DNA from: an uncultured delta proteobacterium
GTDB taxonomy: Bacteria > Myxococcota > Myxococcia > Myxococcales > Anaeromyxobacteraceae
Reading direction: 5' to 3'
NCBI GenBank assembly: GCA_963814585.1
Contig: CAWFDF010000011.1
Location: 128,001 to 192,000, forward strand
Length of the DNA stretch: 64,000 nucleotides
Position 1 is the first letter of the stretch; each line of letters opens with the position of its first letter. Under the pieces are notes generated by a model that ran no database searches, was not told where the DNA came from, and was given only the letters and a program-made list of their open reading frames with translations. The position numbers and the translations under genes are program-made. Shown here one piece after another: positions 1 through 13,111 of the stretch.

Positions 1-766
1 CAATCGGGATGCCCAGCGCGATGATGGGGACGAAGAGCGCGACCGACGAGGAGGGCTGTTCGTTGGTGTGGATCGCCAGCAGGCCAAGCAGGAACCCCAG
101 GAACATGCTCCCGGTATCGCCCATGAAGATGGTGGCCGGGTTGAAGTTGAACACCAGGAACCCCAGCACGGCTCCGGCCAAGGCCACGGCCACCTGGACC
201 ACCAGGAGGTGACCGGTGACCAGGCCGATGGCGATGGTCACTCCGGCGGCTATGACCGCGATGCCCCCGGCCAGTCCGTCGAGCCCGTCGATCAGGTTCA
301 GCGCGTTGATGACGCCCGCGATCCAGACCATCGTGAAGGGCATCGCCAGGATTCCGAGGTGAATGGGTGCCCCCAGCGGCGTGACGATGGTCTCGATCCG
401 GAAGCCGCCCCAGTACGCCAGGGCAGCGACGGCGAACTGCACCACGAACTTCAGCTTGGCATCGGCACCCCTGAGGTCGTCGATGATGCCGAGGCCAGCG
501 ATTATCGCGCCACCGCCTAGAAGCGTGGCGATCCGTCCCAGGTCCTCCGGCGCGAAGCCCGAGAAGGCCAGCTGACCGATGAAGACCGCGAAGAAGGCGA
601 TAACGATGGCCACGCCTCCCACCCGCGGAACTGGGATCTCGTGGACCTTGCGGGAGGTCAACGCGCGGTCCACGGCGCCGAAGCGATTGGCGAGGCTGCG
701 GACGAGCCGTGTCAGCGCCAGGCCGAGTCCAATCGCGACGATGAATGAGATGACGCCTGCCGACAC
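1..766 (-). CDS. wecA: MraY/WecA-family undecaprenyl-phosphate GlcNAc-1-phosphate transferase (runs off the window start)
   Basis: Minus-strand translation (not in the ORF track) gives RKVHEIPVPRVGGVAI, NALNLIDGLDGLAGG and FNFNPATIFMGDTGSMFLG, all GT4 motifs. GTG start at 766 with GGAGG upstream. Confidence 0.85.
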   Translation of the reverse strand, partial: MSAGVISFIVAIGLGLALTRLVRSLANRFGAVDRALTSRKVHEIPVPRVGGVAIVIAFFAVFIGQLAFSGFAPEDLGRIATLLGGGAIIAGLGIIDDLRGADAKLKFVVQFAVAALAYWGGFRIETIVTPLGAPIHLGILAMPFTMVWIAGVINALNLIDGLDGLAGGIAVIAAGVTIAIGLVTGHLLVVQVAVALAGAVLGFLVFNFNPATIFMGDTGSMFLGFLLGLLAIHTNEQPSSSVALFVPIIALGIPI

Positions 767-909
767 CTGAACCTCCGACCGCCGAGATGAACCCTGAGAC
801 CGCCCCTCACCCCTGACGCTTCGATCCGAATTGGCCGTTGCTTCAAGGTCAACCCGGTCGGGTTGAAACCGGCCAGGAGCAACGACCCCTCTTCCTGTTG
901 GGGGAAGGG

Positions 910-939
910 ATACTACGGATGTGACGGACCTACGGTCAA
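910..939 (-). promoter_or_regulatory. Putative sigma70 promoter for the wecA-like gene
   Basis: TTGACC (939-934), 18-nt spacer, TAGTAT (915-910) in a relatively AT-rich intergenic region. Confidence 0.4.
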
Positions 940-1112
940 GTACCACGCTGAGGCCGCGAAAGCCATTTCAGATGTAATGTCAATCGCTTACGCGGGCATC
1001 GAGGTAGGCCTTTCCACGCAACCTCGCCGCGATTCTTGATTCGGATCACCATTCGAAGGGTCAATGCACCGCGCCTTCTCTGTCTAGGCAGACCGGAGGC
1101 ACCCAGAAGTGG

Positions 1113-2802
1113 TCATCGAGGCTCGGACTTGCCTCCAGGGATCGACTTCTCGAGGTTCGGCGCCTCGACCCTCCCCGGCCACCAGGTCAGGTCGAGCTGG
1201 ACCTTCACGCCGAAGGCGTCGGGGCCGAAGTTCATGTTGTAGCGGTTGGCCACGCCCAGCGACCCGTTCAGCTCCAGCTCCGGCCAGGTCCAGCCACCGC
1301 GCACGCCGCCGGCCAGCTCGACGTCCTCGCCAGCCAGGGTGTGGACCTGGTCGTAGTACCAGCGGCCGTTGCGCTGGACCCGCTCCAGCCAGCCGCCCAG
1401 CCAGGCGGGGCCGGAGAAGAGGTCCAGCGCCAGCCACTGGCTGTCGCCCTGCGGGCCGATCCCGGCGCCGAGCATCTGGCCGCCGATTGGTGTACCCCTG
1501 GATCTCCGCCCAGTGCGTGTAGAAGATCGGCACCCCGCGGGGCGGGTTGTTGGTCGGCTTCTCCAGCGTCTGGACCGCCTCGGCGACCAGGCGGACCCAG
1601 CCGGAGGAGGTCGGGAAGACCTTCTGCAGGCCGGCCATCCCGGCGCTGGCGTGCTCCGGCTGGGTGATGAAGTCCTCGAAGTTCCCGCTGTGGTCGTCAC
1701 GCCCCCACTCGCCGTACAGCTCGAGGCCGCTCTCCGGAAAGACCCAGCGCGCGTAGATCGAGGTCAGCTGGTTGTCCGGGTTGTCTCCGGTCGGATTCTC
1801 GTCGGTCGCCAGCGAGTGCTTCAGGTACGGCGCGATGAGCGGGAGGCCGAGGTACTGGGACGTGGTCAGACCGCCCGGCGGGACGGCGTAGACGTAGACC
1901 CGGGTCAGCCCGAGGAACAGGCCGGGCACCGCGGCCGGCTCGAAGCCGAGGTTGAGCGAGTTGAAGAACCGCGGCCTGGCCGTGCCGGTGGTGTCGAACC
2001 ACTTCGAGTCCCGGGGCCTGGCCCAGACCATCTGCGCCTCCAGCCAGCCGATCCAGATGTCCACCGGCCGCGAGGTGCCGAGGAAGAGGTGGGCCATCCC
2101 CGGCGCCGAGCTGGTCATCAGCAGCGAGTTGCGCTGTCCCGGTCCCCACCAGAGGTTCTCGGTCGAGGCTCCGGCGGCCACGCCCCAGCCGTCCACGCGG
2201 AGGGTGGTCTGCCCCGGGTCCAGGGTCCAGAAGGCCTCCGGACCGAAGCGGATGGGCAGGTCGATGGTGCCGTAGTTGAAGGGGTTGGCGTAGGGAGACT
2301 GGCCGGGGGTGGTGGCCAGCGGGAAGTAGAAGTCGCGGTTCTGCTGCCAGGCGACCACCGGCGCCACGGTGGCCGAGAGGAAGCGCCAGCGCAGCCGGAA
2401 GCCGCCCTCGATGGCGGTGGAGAGGCCGCGCCCGGACCAGAGCGCGCCGTCGTTCCGATCGTCGGCGTAGGCGGAGTTGAACCGGGTGCGCAGCCCGGCC
2501 GGCAGCGCGCGGACCTGGAGCTCGGCCGGCCGGGTGACCTCGAGCGTACCGGGGTGCGGGGCGCGGCCGTCACGGCAGAGGACCACCTCGGTCTGGCCCG
2601 ACCAGCGAAGGTGGAGCTGGGGGCTCACCGGGGCGGCGCCGGTCAGCTGGGCCAGCCGGGCGAGATCGGCCGTGGCGCTGCCGATGGGGCCAATCGCGAA
2701 GGCCGGGGCGCAGGTCGGCGAGGTGCCCTCGGTGGAAGGCCCCCCCGGCTCGGCCGCCGGGAGCGCGGCGAGCGCCGTGGCCAGCGCGGCGGCGATCAGC
2801 AT
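1113..2802 (-). CDS. wzi: Capsule assembly Wzi-family outer-membrane protein (one +1 frameshift near 1485)
   Basis: Signal peptide plus motifs STENLWWGPGQRNSLLMTSSAPG, DNQLTSIYARW and ELYGEWGRDD. After QGYTNR the sensible C-terminus (GQMLGAGIGPQGDSQW...) continues in the 1113..1700 frame. Lies next to wecA. Confidence 0.75.
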
Positions 2803-2864
2803 CAGGGCAAGCTAGGTGAGGGCGGACCGGAAGTCGAGTGGCAGGATGGTGGCCGTCCCGCCGC

Positions 2865-3323
2865 TCACCGCGACGTGACCGTGAGCCGCCCCAGCATCAT
2901 CTGGCGCTCGAACGGGCTCCCACCGCTCCCGCCGGCATCGGCCGAGGTGAAGGTGCCGCCACCGCGCAGCCCGGCCCAGGCGCCGGTGGCGCCGACCACC
3001 TCCCAGCGCCCGACGATGGGGGGATAGATGGCGCCGCGCAGCCTGGTGTCGAGCCGGAGCGTGATGGTGCCGAGCTTCCCCTCCAGCACCCGCTCGACGC
3101 GCTGCTCCGGCCCCACCAGCGAGCCGCGGTCGCGCGCCACGCCCTCGTCACGCCGGTCGCCGAGCACGAGTGAGAAGGTGCCGGTGAACTGCCAGGGCGG
3201 GAAGTGGACGTCGATCTCGGCGCGCTGGCCGGCGTGGGCGCCGCGCGGCACGGGCTGCGGCGCCGGCGCGGCCGGGCCCGGGGCCGCGTGCAGGAGCGCG
3301 GCGAGGAGGGCGGCGCAGGTCAC
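2865..3323 (-). CDS. Hypothetical exported protein, coupled to the kinase gene
   Basis: 152-aa ORF with a hydrophobic N-terminus. Its GTG overlaps the kinase TGA. Beta-rich with GRWEVVGATGAWAGLRGGGTF. Confidence 0.6.
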   Translation of the reverse strand: MTCAALLAALLHAAPGPAAPAPQPVPRGAHAGQRAEIDVHFPPWQFTGTFSLVLGDRRDEGVARDRGSLVGPEQRVERVLEGKLGTITLRLDTRLRGAIYPPIVGRWEVVGATGAWAGLRGGGTFTSADAGGSGGSPFERQMMLGRLTVTSR

Positions 3324-6300
3324 GGGCGCCTCCCGTCGCGCGGTGCCGTGGCGGCCGCCGTCGGCGCTGCCGGCGTGCGGCCATGGCGCCGCTCGCAGGC
3401 GGCGTGGCGGTCGGCGGCCTCGCCATCGGACTCACCGAGCAGGTGGAGCCGCTGCGCCGCGGTGAGGCAGGCCGAGGTGGCGGCCACCAGCCGCTGGCGC
3501 ACCAGCGGCCAGTCGATGGCGGCGATGCGGACGGCGCCGTCCGCGGAGGCCGTCGCCAGCTCGCGGCCGTCCGGGCTGAAGGCGGCCTCGGTGACCGCCG
3601 CCTGGTGGCCGCGCAGCAGCAGCGGCTCGCCGACGCCGTCGAGCGGCACGACGCGCACCGAGCCGTCGACCGACGCCAGCGCCAGCCGCCCCTGGTCCGG
3701 GCTCCAGGCCGGCGCCCAGAGCCGCTCCGGCCAGGCGCGCAGCGGCGGCAGCTCGGAGAGGTCGGAGACGCGGAAGAGCCGCAGCGCGCCGTCGAGCTCG
3801 GCCACCGCCAGCAGGTCGCCGCGCGGCGAGAGGCCGGCCCGGAAGACGGCCCGGTCGGCGCGCAGCACCCGCGGCGCGCCGCCGTCGATCGGCCAGAGCC
3901 GGACGGTGGCGTCGAGCTGCGAGGCCGAGACCACCGTCCGCCCGTCGGGCGAGAAGGTGACGTGGGTGATGCCGGCCTCGTGCCCCTCCAGGCGAACCAC
4001 CTCGCCCCGCCCGTCGGCGTCGTGGAGCCGGATGACGCCGTCGAGGCCGGCCGTGGCCACCCGGTCGCCGCCGGGGCTCCAGGCGGCGAAGAGGATGGGG
4101 GCGCCGGCCGGTGGCAGCGCCCGGAGCAGCGCACCGTCGGTGGCGTCCCAGATCCTCGCCACGCCGTCCTCGGAGCTGGTGAGGATGCGCCGCTCGGCGG
4201 GATCCCAGGCGGCCGAGTGGATGACGCCGGCCGGATCGTCCACCTCGAGCAACTTCCGGCCGCTGGCCCGGTCCCAGGTGCGGGCGCTGCCGTCGTGGCT
4301 GGAGGTGAGCAGGCGGCGGCCGTCGCGGCTCCAGGTCACGGTGTCCACCAGCTTGGCGTGGCCGGCCAGGAGGCCGCGCCCGCCGGCGTCACCGAGCGGC
4401 CAGACGCGCAGCGTCCCCTCGCGGGAGCGGGTCACCACGCGGCTGCCGTCGGGGGCGAAGGCCGCCGCCACCACCGATGGCCCCTCCAGCGGTGTGGCGT
4501 CCGGCTCGCCACGGCCGGACCAGAGCAGGGCCCGGCCGTCGGCTCCGAAGGTGACCAGCCGGCTCCCCGCCGGTGACCAGGCCAGGCTGAAGGGCTCGCC
4601 ATGGGCCCGGAGCCGCTGCGGCTCGGCGCCCGGATCGCCGGCATGGAGCCGGAGCGTGCCGTCCACGGCCGCCGCGGCCAGCCGGCCCGTCACCGGATCG
4701 AAGGCCAGCGCCGTGATGGCGGGCCCGGCGCTCCCCAGCTGGCCGCGCGGCTCGAGCCCCGGGCCGAAGATCCGGATGACGCCGCCGTCCCCGGCCACCG
4801 CCAGCCGGGCCCCGTCGGGCGAGAGCGCCAGCGCGTAGGCCGCCTGGCCGATGGAGCGGCGCGCCAGCGCGGCGCCGGTGGCCGGATCGAGCAGGTGGAG
4901 CTCGCCTTCGGCGTCGGCGGAGACCAGCCGGTCGCCGCGTGGCGTGAAGGCGAGGGCGAAGACCGGCGCCTCGTGGAGCACCGTCGCCACCACCCGCGGT
5001 GAGTCCAGCGCCACCAGCACCAGCCGGCCGTCGAGGGTGGCGACCGCGGCCCGCGTCCCGTCTGGGGACACCCGCAGGCGCACCAGCGGCGAGCCGCCGA
5101 GCGGGAGCGACACGGCCGGCGCCCCGCCGTCGAGCCGGTGCAGGTGCAGCGAGCCCTCGTGGCCGGCCGCGACGAGGAGCGTCCCGTCGGGCGTGAAGGC
5201 CAGGTCGTCGACGCGCAGCCCGGCGTGGCGCAGCGGGAGGGGGGCGCCGGTGCCGTCGGTCCGGTAGATCGCCACCCCGCCATCCCGCAGCGCCGCGGCG
5301 GTCAGGGCGCCGTCGGGAGAGGTCGCCAGCGCGACGCCGTGGCGGGCTCCCTCCAGCACCACCGCCGGGATGAGGCCGTCCAGGACCCGCTGCGCCACGT
5401 CGACGGCGCGCGGCGGAGGCTGGTCGGGGAGCTCGGAGAGCAGCAGGACCGCCAGCAGCGGATCGGTGGCCGCCTCGGCGCTCGCCAGCAGCCGGCTCGA
5501 GCGCAGCGCCCGCTCCGCCTCGGCGCGGGCCCGCAGCGCCAGGCCGGCGATCCCGCCGGCCAGCACCACGGCGACGGCGCCGACCGCCCAGACGGCCCGG
5601 CGCAGCCGCCGCTGTCGCCCGGCCCGCGCCTCGGCGGCGACCCGCGCGGCGTAGGCCTGCTGCACCCGCAGCAGCCCGTCGAGCCAGGCCCGGGCCTCCT
5701 GCGGCCGGCTGGCCGGATCGCGGGCCAGGGCGCTCCCCAGCAACGCCACCAGCTCGGGCGGCGCGTCGGGGAGCGGAGGTGGCGGCGGCGGGCCGGGGCC
5801 GAGCACCGCCGAGCGGCCACCTGCGACCGGGTAGGGGAGGGATCCGGAGAGCGACTCGTAGAGCACCGCCGCGGCGCCGTAGACGTCGGTGCGGGCGTCC
5901 TCGGGCTCGGCCCGCAGCTGCTCGGGCGCCATGTAGGCCGGCGTGCCGGCGGCCAGGGCCGCCCGCCCCATGATCGAGGCCAGGCCGAAGTCGACCAGCT
6001 TCACCGTCCCCTGCTCGGTGAGGAAGACGTTGCCCGGCTTGAGGTCGCGGTGCAGCACGCCGGCGGCGTGGGCGGCCTCGAGCCCGCTCGCCACCTCCAC
6101 CGCGATCCGCAGGGCCTCGGCCGGGGGGAGCGGCCCGCGCCGCAGCCGCGCCGCCAGGGTCTCGCCCCGCAGCAGCTCCATGATCAGGTACGGTGTCCCC
6201 TCGTGGACCCCGGAGTCGTGGAGGGTGACCACGTTGGGGTGGTTGAGCCGCGCCGCCGCCTCGGCCTCCTCCTGCAGCGGCTTGGCCAGCCTCTCCAGCG

Positions 6301-6541
6301 CGCGGATCCGGCCCGGCCGGATGGCCTTGAAGGCCACCGCCCGCGACAGCTCCCGGTCGCGGGCCTCGAAGACCAGCCCGAAGCCGCCGCGCCCCAGCTC
6401 GCGGGTGAGCTCGAAGCGCCCGGCCACCACGTCGCCCGGCCGCAGCTCGGGCAGCAGGTCCTCCGGCGCGCGGCTCGGCGCCTCGGCCAGCTCGCTGAGG
6501 AGCGCCGAGATCGAGGTGGAGGGCTCGAGCTTCTGGCTCAC
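3320..6541 (-). CDS. Hanks-type Ser/Thr protein kinase with a TM helix and C-terminal WD40 repeats
   Basis: LGRGGFGLV, VAFK, HRDLKPGN, DFG and GTPAYMAPE kinase motifs, TM segment AVWAVGAVAVVLAGGIAGLAL, then many GH...FSPDG...W WD40 repeats. Start reassigned to GTG 6541, which overlaps the sigma stop (GTGA). Confidence 0.92.
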   Translation of the reverse strand: MSQKLEPSTSISALLSELAEAPSRAPEDLLPELRPGDVVAGRFELTRELGRGGFGLVFEARDRELSRAVAFKAIRPGRIRALERLAKPLQEEAEAAARLNHPNVVTLHDSGVHEGTPYLIMELLRGETLAARLRRGPLPPAEALRIAVEVASGLEAAHAAGVLHRDLKPGNVFLTEQGTVKLVDFGLASIMGRAALAAGTPAYMAPEQLRAEPEDARTDVYGAAAVLYESLSGSLPYPVAGGRSAVLGPGPPPPPPLPDAPPELVALLGSALARDPASRPQEARAWLDGLLRVQQAYAARVAAEARAGRQRRLRRAVWAVGAVAVVLAGGIAGLALRARAEAERALRSSRLLASAEAATDPLLAVLLLSELPDQPPPRAVDVAQRVLDGLIPAVVLEGARHGVALATSPDGALTAAALRDGGVAIYRTDGTGAPLPLRHAGLRVDDLAFTPDGTLLVAAGHEGSLHLHRLDGGAPAVSLPLGGSPLVRLRVSPDGTRAAVATLDGRLVLVALDSPRVVATVLHEAPVFALAFTPRGDRLVSADAEGELHLLDPATGAALARRSIGQAAYALALSPDGARLAVAGDGGVIRIFGPGLEPRGQLGSAGPAITALAFDPVTGRLAAAAVDGTLRLHAGDPGAEPQRLRAHGEPFSLAWSPAGSRLVTFGADGRALLWSGRGEPDATPLEGPSVVAAAFAPDGSRVVTRSREGTLRVWPLGDAGGRGLLAGHAKLVDTVTWSRDGRRLLTSSHDGSARTWDRASGRKLLEVDDPAGVIHSAAWDPAERRILTSSEDGVARIWDATDGALLRALPPAGAPILFAAWSPGGDRVATAGLDGVIRLHDADGRGEVVRLEGHEAGITHVTFSPDGRTVVSASQLDATVRLWPIDGGAPRVLRADRAVFRAGLSPRGDLLAVAELDGALRLFRVSDLSELPPLRAWPERLWAPAWSPDQGRLALASVDGSVRVVPLDGVGEPLLLRGHQAAVTEAAFSPDGRELATASADGAVRIAAIDWPLVRQRLVAATSACLTAAQRLHLLGESDGEAADRHAACERRHGRTPAAPTAAATAPRDGRRP

Positions 6542-7122
6542 TCCAGGAGTCCTTCCTGCCGCGCCCGCTCGGCCAGCTTCTCCTTGAGCCGCTCGAAGCG
6601 CTTGCGCAGGGCCGACTCCTCGACCGGGACGGCGCCCTCTTCGCCCAGCACCAGCGCCACCTCGCCCCAGGCCAGGCCGCGGTCGACGCGCAGCACCAGC
6701 AGGGTCCGCTCGTCGGGGCTGAGCCCCTCGCGGAGCCGGTCCAGCGTGGCCTGCCGGGCCTGGTCGCGCCCGAGGAAGATGGAGGAGCGGATCTCGTCCA
6801 CCAGCCGCGACAGCTCGGTGGTCTCCAGCCGCCGGCCCCGGCCACGGTAGGGATCGCGCAGGAAGCGGGCGGCGGCGTGCCAGGCCAGCCGGTAGCACCA
6901 GACCCGCAGCGGGCACTCCCGGCGGAAGCCGGGCAGTCCGCGCCAGAGGTCCTCGCTGAACATCGAGAAGACCTCGCCGGCGTCGGCCTCGCTGCGCAGC
7001 ACCGAGCAGAGGTAGCCGAGCAGCTGCGGGCCGTACTCCCGGATCACCAGCGTGGCGGCGCCGGCGTGGTCGCCGCGATCGAGCGCGTCCAGGCAGCGGG
7101 CTTCCGCGTCGACCGGGGCCAT
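6538..7122 (-). CDS. ECF-type sigma-70 factor
   Basis: Sigma2-like region (YGPQLLGYL...WCYRLAWHAAARFLR) and sigma4-like region (LSPDERTLLVLRVDRGLAWGEVALVLG...LRKRFERLKEKL). GGAGGAGG RBS. Confidence 0.85.
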   Translation of the reverse strand: MAPVDAEARCLDALDRGDHAGAATLVIREYGPQLLGYLCSVLRSEADAGEVFSMFSEDLWRGLPGFRRECPLRVWCYRLAWHAAARFLRDPYRGRGRRLETTELSRLVDEIRSSIFLGRDQARQATLDRLREGLSPDERTLLVLRVDRGLAWGEVALVLGEEGAVPVEESALRKRFERLKEKLAERARQEGLLE

Positions 7123-7137
7123 GCGCCTCCTCCAGCC

Positions 7138-7318
7138 TAGTGCCCCGACCCAGGCAAGATGCCTACTGCGAGAGCCGATCCTCTCGCTGCGGCAGGCGGC
7201 CTCGTCGGTCCGCTGCTCAGAGTAGCGCTGCTACGCTTCCGCTGCTCCCTCCTCAGGCGCCAGCCTCGCTTCGGTCTCGGCTCTCTCGTCACGTCATCTT
7301 GCCTGGGTCGGGGCACTA
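7138..7318. mobile_element. MITE/ERIC-like non-autonomous element with 24-bp perfect inverted ends
   Basis: TAGTGCCCCGACCCAGGCAAGATG (7138-7161) is the exact reverse complement of 7295-7318, with TA at both ends. Internal hairpins, no convincing coding capacity, and a partial second copy at 33009-33097. Confidence 0.75.
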
Positions 7319-8527
7319 AATCCCCAGCTGCTCCACCGTGTAGCCCTGGGCGCGGAGCGCGGCGAGGATCTCGTCGACGTGCTCGGGGCCGCGGGTCTCC
7401 AGCGTGAGCTGGAGCGTGGTGCCGCCGAAGCGCGAGGCGAAGGCGCGGGTGTGGTGGACCTCGATGACGTTGGCGCGGGCGCCGGCGATGATGGCCGAGA
7501 CCACGGCCAGCTGGCCCGGCTTGTCGAGCAGGTTGACGCTGATGCGGACCAGGCGGCCGTCCTTGACCAGGCCGCGCTCGATGATGCGGGCGATCAGGTT
7601 CACGTCGATGTTGCCGCCCGAGATGATGGCTGCCACCCGCTGGCCGGCCAGGCCGCCCAGCTTGTGGTTCATCAGCGCCGCCACGCCCACCGCGCCGGCG
7701 CCCTCGGCCACCGTCTTCTCCTTCTCGAGCAGGTAGAGGATGGCGCTGGCGATCTCCTCCTCGGAGACGGTGACGATGTCGTCGACGTACCTCTGGACGT
7801 GCTCGAAGGTGAGCTCGCCGGCCCGCTTCACGGCGATGCCGTCGGCCAGCGTCGAGGACGGCTCCAGCGTCACCAGCTGGCCAGCCTCGATGGCCGCCTT
7901 CATGCAGGGGATCAGCTCGGCCTCGACGCCGATCACCTTGAGGGCGGGCCGCTGCGTCTTGAGGGCCACCGCCACGCCGGAGATGAGGCCGCCGCCGCCC
8001 ACCGGCACCAGCACGGCGTCGAGGTCGGGGACCTGGTCGAGCAGCTCCAGCCCGATGGTCCCCTGGCCGGCGATGATGTCGGCGTCGTCGAAGGGGTGGA
8101 CGAAGGTGAGCCCCTCGGCCCGCTCCAGCCGGCGGGCCTCGCCGTAGGCCTCGTCGTAGTTGGCGCCGTGGAGCACGATGCGCGCGCCGTGGGCCCGGGT
8201 GTTGGCCACCTTCATGATGGGGGTGGTCTCGGGCATGACGATGGTGGTGGCCACGCCGAGCCGGCCGCCGTGGTAGGCGACGGCCTGGGCGTGGTTGCCG
8301 GCGCTGGCGGCGATGAGGCCGCGGGCCCGCTCGGCGGGCGCCAGCTGCAGCAGCTTGTTGAGGGCGCCGCGCTCCTTGTAGGCCCCCGTCATCTGGAGGT
8401 TCTCCAGCTTCAGGAAGGTCTCGGCGCCGCTCAGGCGGGAGAGCGTCTCCGAGCGGGCGCACGGGGAGAGGTAGATGCGATCGCGGATGCGGCCGAGCGC
8501 GGCCTGGACGTCGGGCAGGGTCACCAT
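7316..8527 (-). CDS. ilvA: Threonine ammonia-lyase with C-terminal ACT domain
   Basis: LKLENLQMTGAYKERGA (PLP Lys), SAGNHAQ, VPVGGGGL, ISGGNID, then ACT domain DKPGQL. True start MVTLPDV at 8527. Confidence 0.93.
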   Translation of the reverse strand: MVTLPDVQAALGRIRDRIYLSPCARSETLSRLSGAETFLKLENLQMTGAYKERGALNKLLQLAPAERARGLIAASAGNHAQAVAYHGGRLGVATTIVMPETTPIMKVANTRAHGARIVLHGANYDEAYGEARRLERAEGLTFVHPFDDADIIAGQGTIGLELLDQVPDLDAVLVPVGGGGLISGVAVALKTQRPALKVIGVEAELIPCMKAAIEAGQLVTLEPSSTLADGIAVKRAGELTFEHVQRYVDDIVTVSEEEIASAILYLLEKEKTVAEGAGAVGVAALMNHKLGGLAGQRVAAIISGGNIDVNLIARIIERGLVKDGRLVRISVNLLDKPGQLAVVSAIIAGARANVIEVHHTRAFASRFGGTTLQLTLETRGPEHVDEILAALRAQGYTVEQLGI

Positions 8528-8649
8528 GTCGGGGGCCGGAAGGTACCGCGCGCCGCGCGGGGCGTGCAAGCGGAGGCTCCGGACGGCGGAGGCACCCCGA
8601 TGCGAAGCCGCCAGCGGTCCGGCGCGAACCCGGCCCGCATGAGGTGAAG

Positions 8650-9177
8650 CTAGTGCTGGACCAGCCGCCGGGCCAGCTCGACGCGGTTGCGCACGCCCAG
8701 CTTGTCGAAGATGGTCTTGAGGTGGCTCTTCACCGTCTGGGAGGCGATGCCGAGCCGCTCGGCCACCTCGCGGGAGCGCAGGCCGTCCGCCACCAGCAGC
8801 GCCACCTCGCGCTCGCGCTGGGTGAGGCCGTCCGCGGAGGGGGGCGCCGGGACGTCGCCGCTCGACGGCGTCAGCTCCGGGATCGGCTCGCGCCAGAGGT
8901 GGAGCTGGGTCTTGCCCTTGCCGACCGCGGTCACCTCGATCCGCAGCCGCTCGCCGTGCCCCTCCATCACCAGCGTCCGCCGGACGCCCGGCGGGCCGAC
9001 CTGGGCACCGTCGGTGAGCCCCTTCAGCTCGGGCGGCAGGACGTTGCCATCCGAGGCCTGCGGGAAGAAGACTCGCAGCATCTCCTCGGCCTGCCGGTCG
9101 CAGTGAAGCTGGCCGCCCAGCTCCGCGTGGGCCGCGGCGCCTCGCGGCGCCGGGACGCGGATGTTCGCGCGCATCAT
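8650..9177 (-). CDS. LuxR-family HTH transcriptional regulator (no receiver domain)
   Basis: C-terminal LTQREREVALLVADGLRSREVAERLGIASQTVKSHLKTIFDKLGVRNRVEL. AGGGGG RBS before ATG 9177. Confidence 0.85.
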   Translation of the reverse strand: MMRANIRVPAPRGAAAHAELGGQLHCDRQAEEMLRVFFPQASDGNVLPPELKGLTDGAQVGPPGVRRTLVMEGHGERLRIEVTAVGKGKTQLHLWREPIPELTPSSGDVPAPPSADGLTQREREVALLVADGLRSREVAERLGIASQTVKSHLKTIFDKLGVRNRVELARRLVQH

Positions 9178-9339
9178 GTGTCCCCCTGTTCTGCGGTTCC
9201 AGGTTGGAGACCGGGCGCATTCTACCACCAGAGGGGGGCAGAGATCACCCCTTGGAGCTAAGGCCGCAGGACTACGAAGAAAAGTAAAATTCCGAATACA
9301 GCCGGAGGCGCCGGGGGAGCGGATCCCGTTCCAGGGGAC

Positions 9340-12979
<3,640 letters not shown>

Positions 12980-13111
12980 GGACCTTCTGGTGCGGCGGCG
13001 GGAGAGACCGGGTTCATAGCAGCCCGGTCTGACCCTTCAAGGCCCATCGGCGGGGATTCTTCGCGCGCCTCCCGGCGGCGGCCTACCCCTTGGGACCCCT
13101 GGAGTTCCGCC

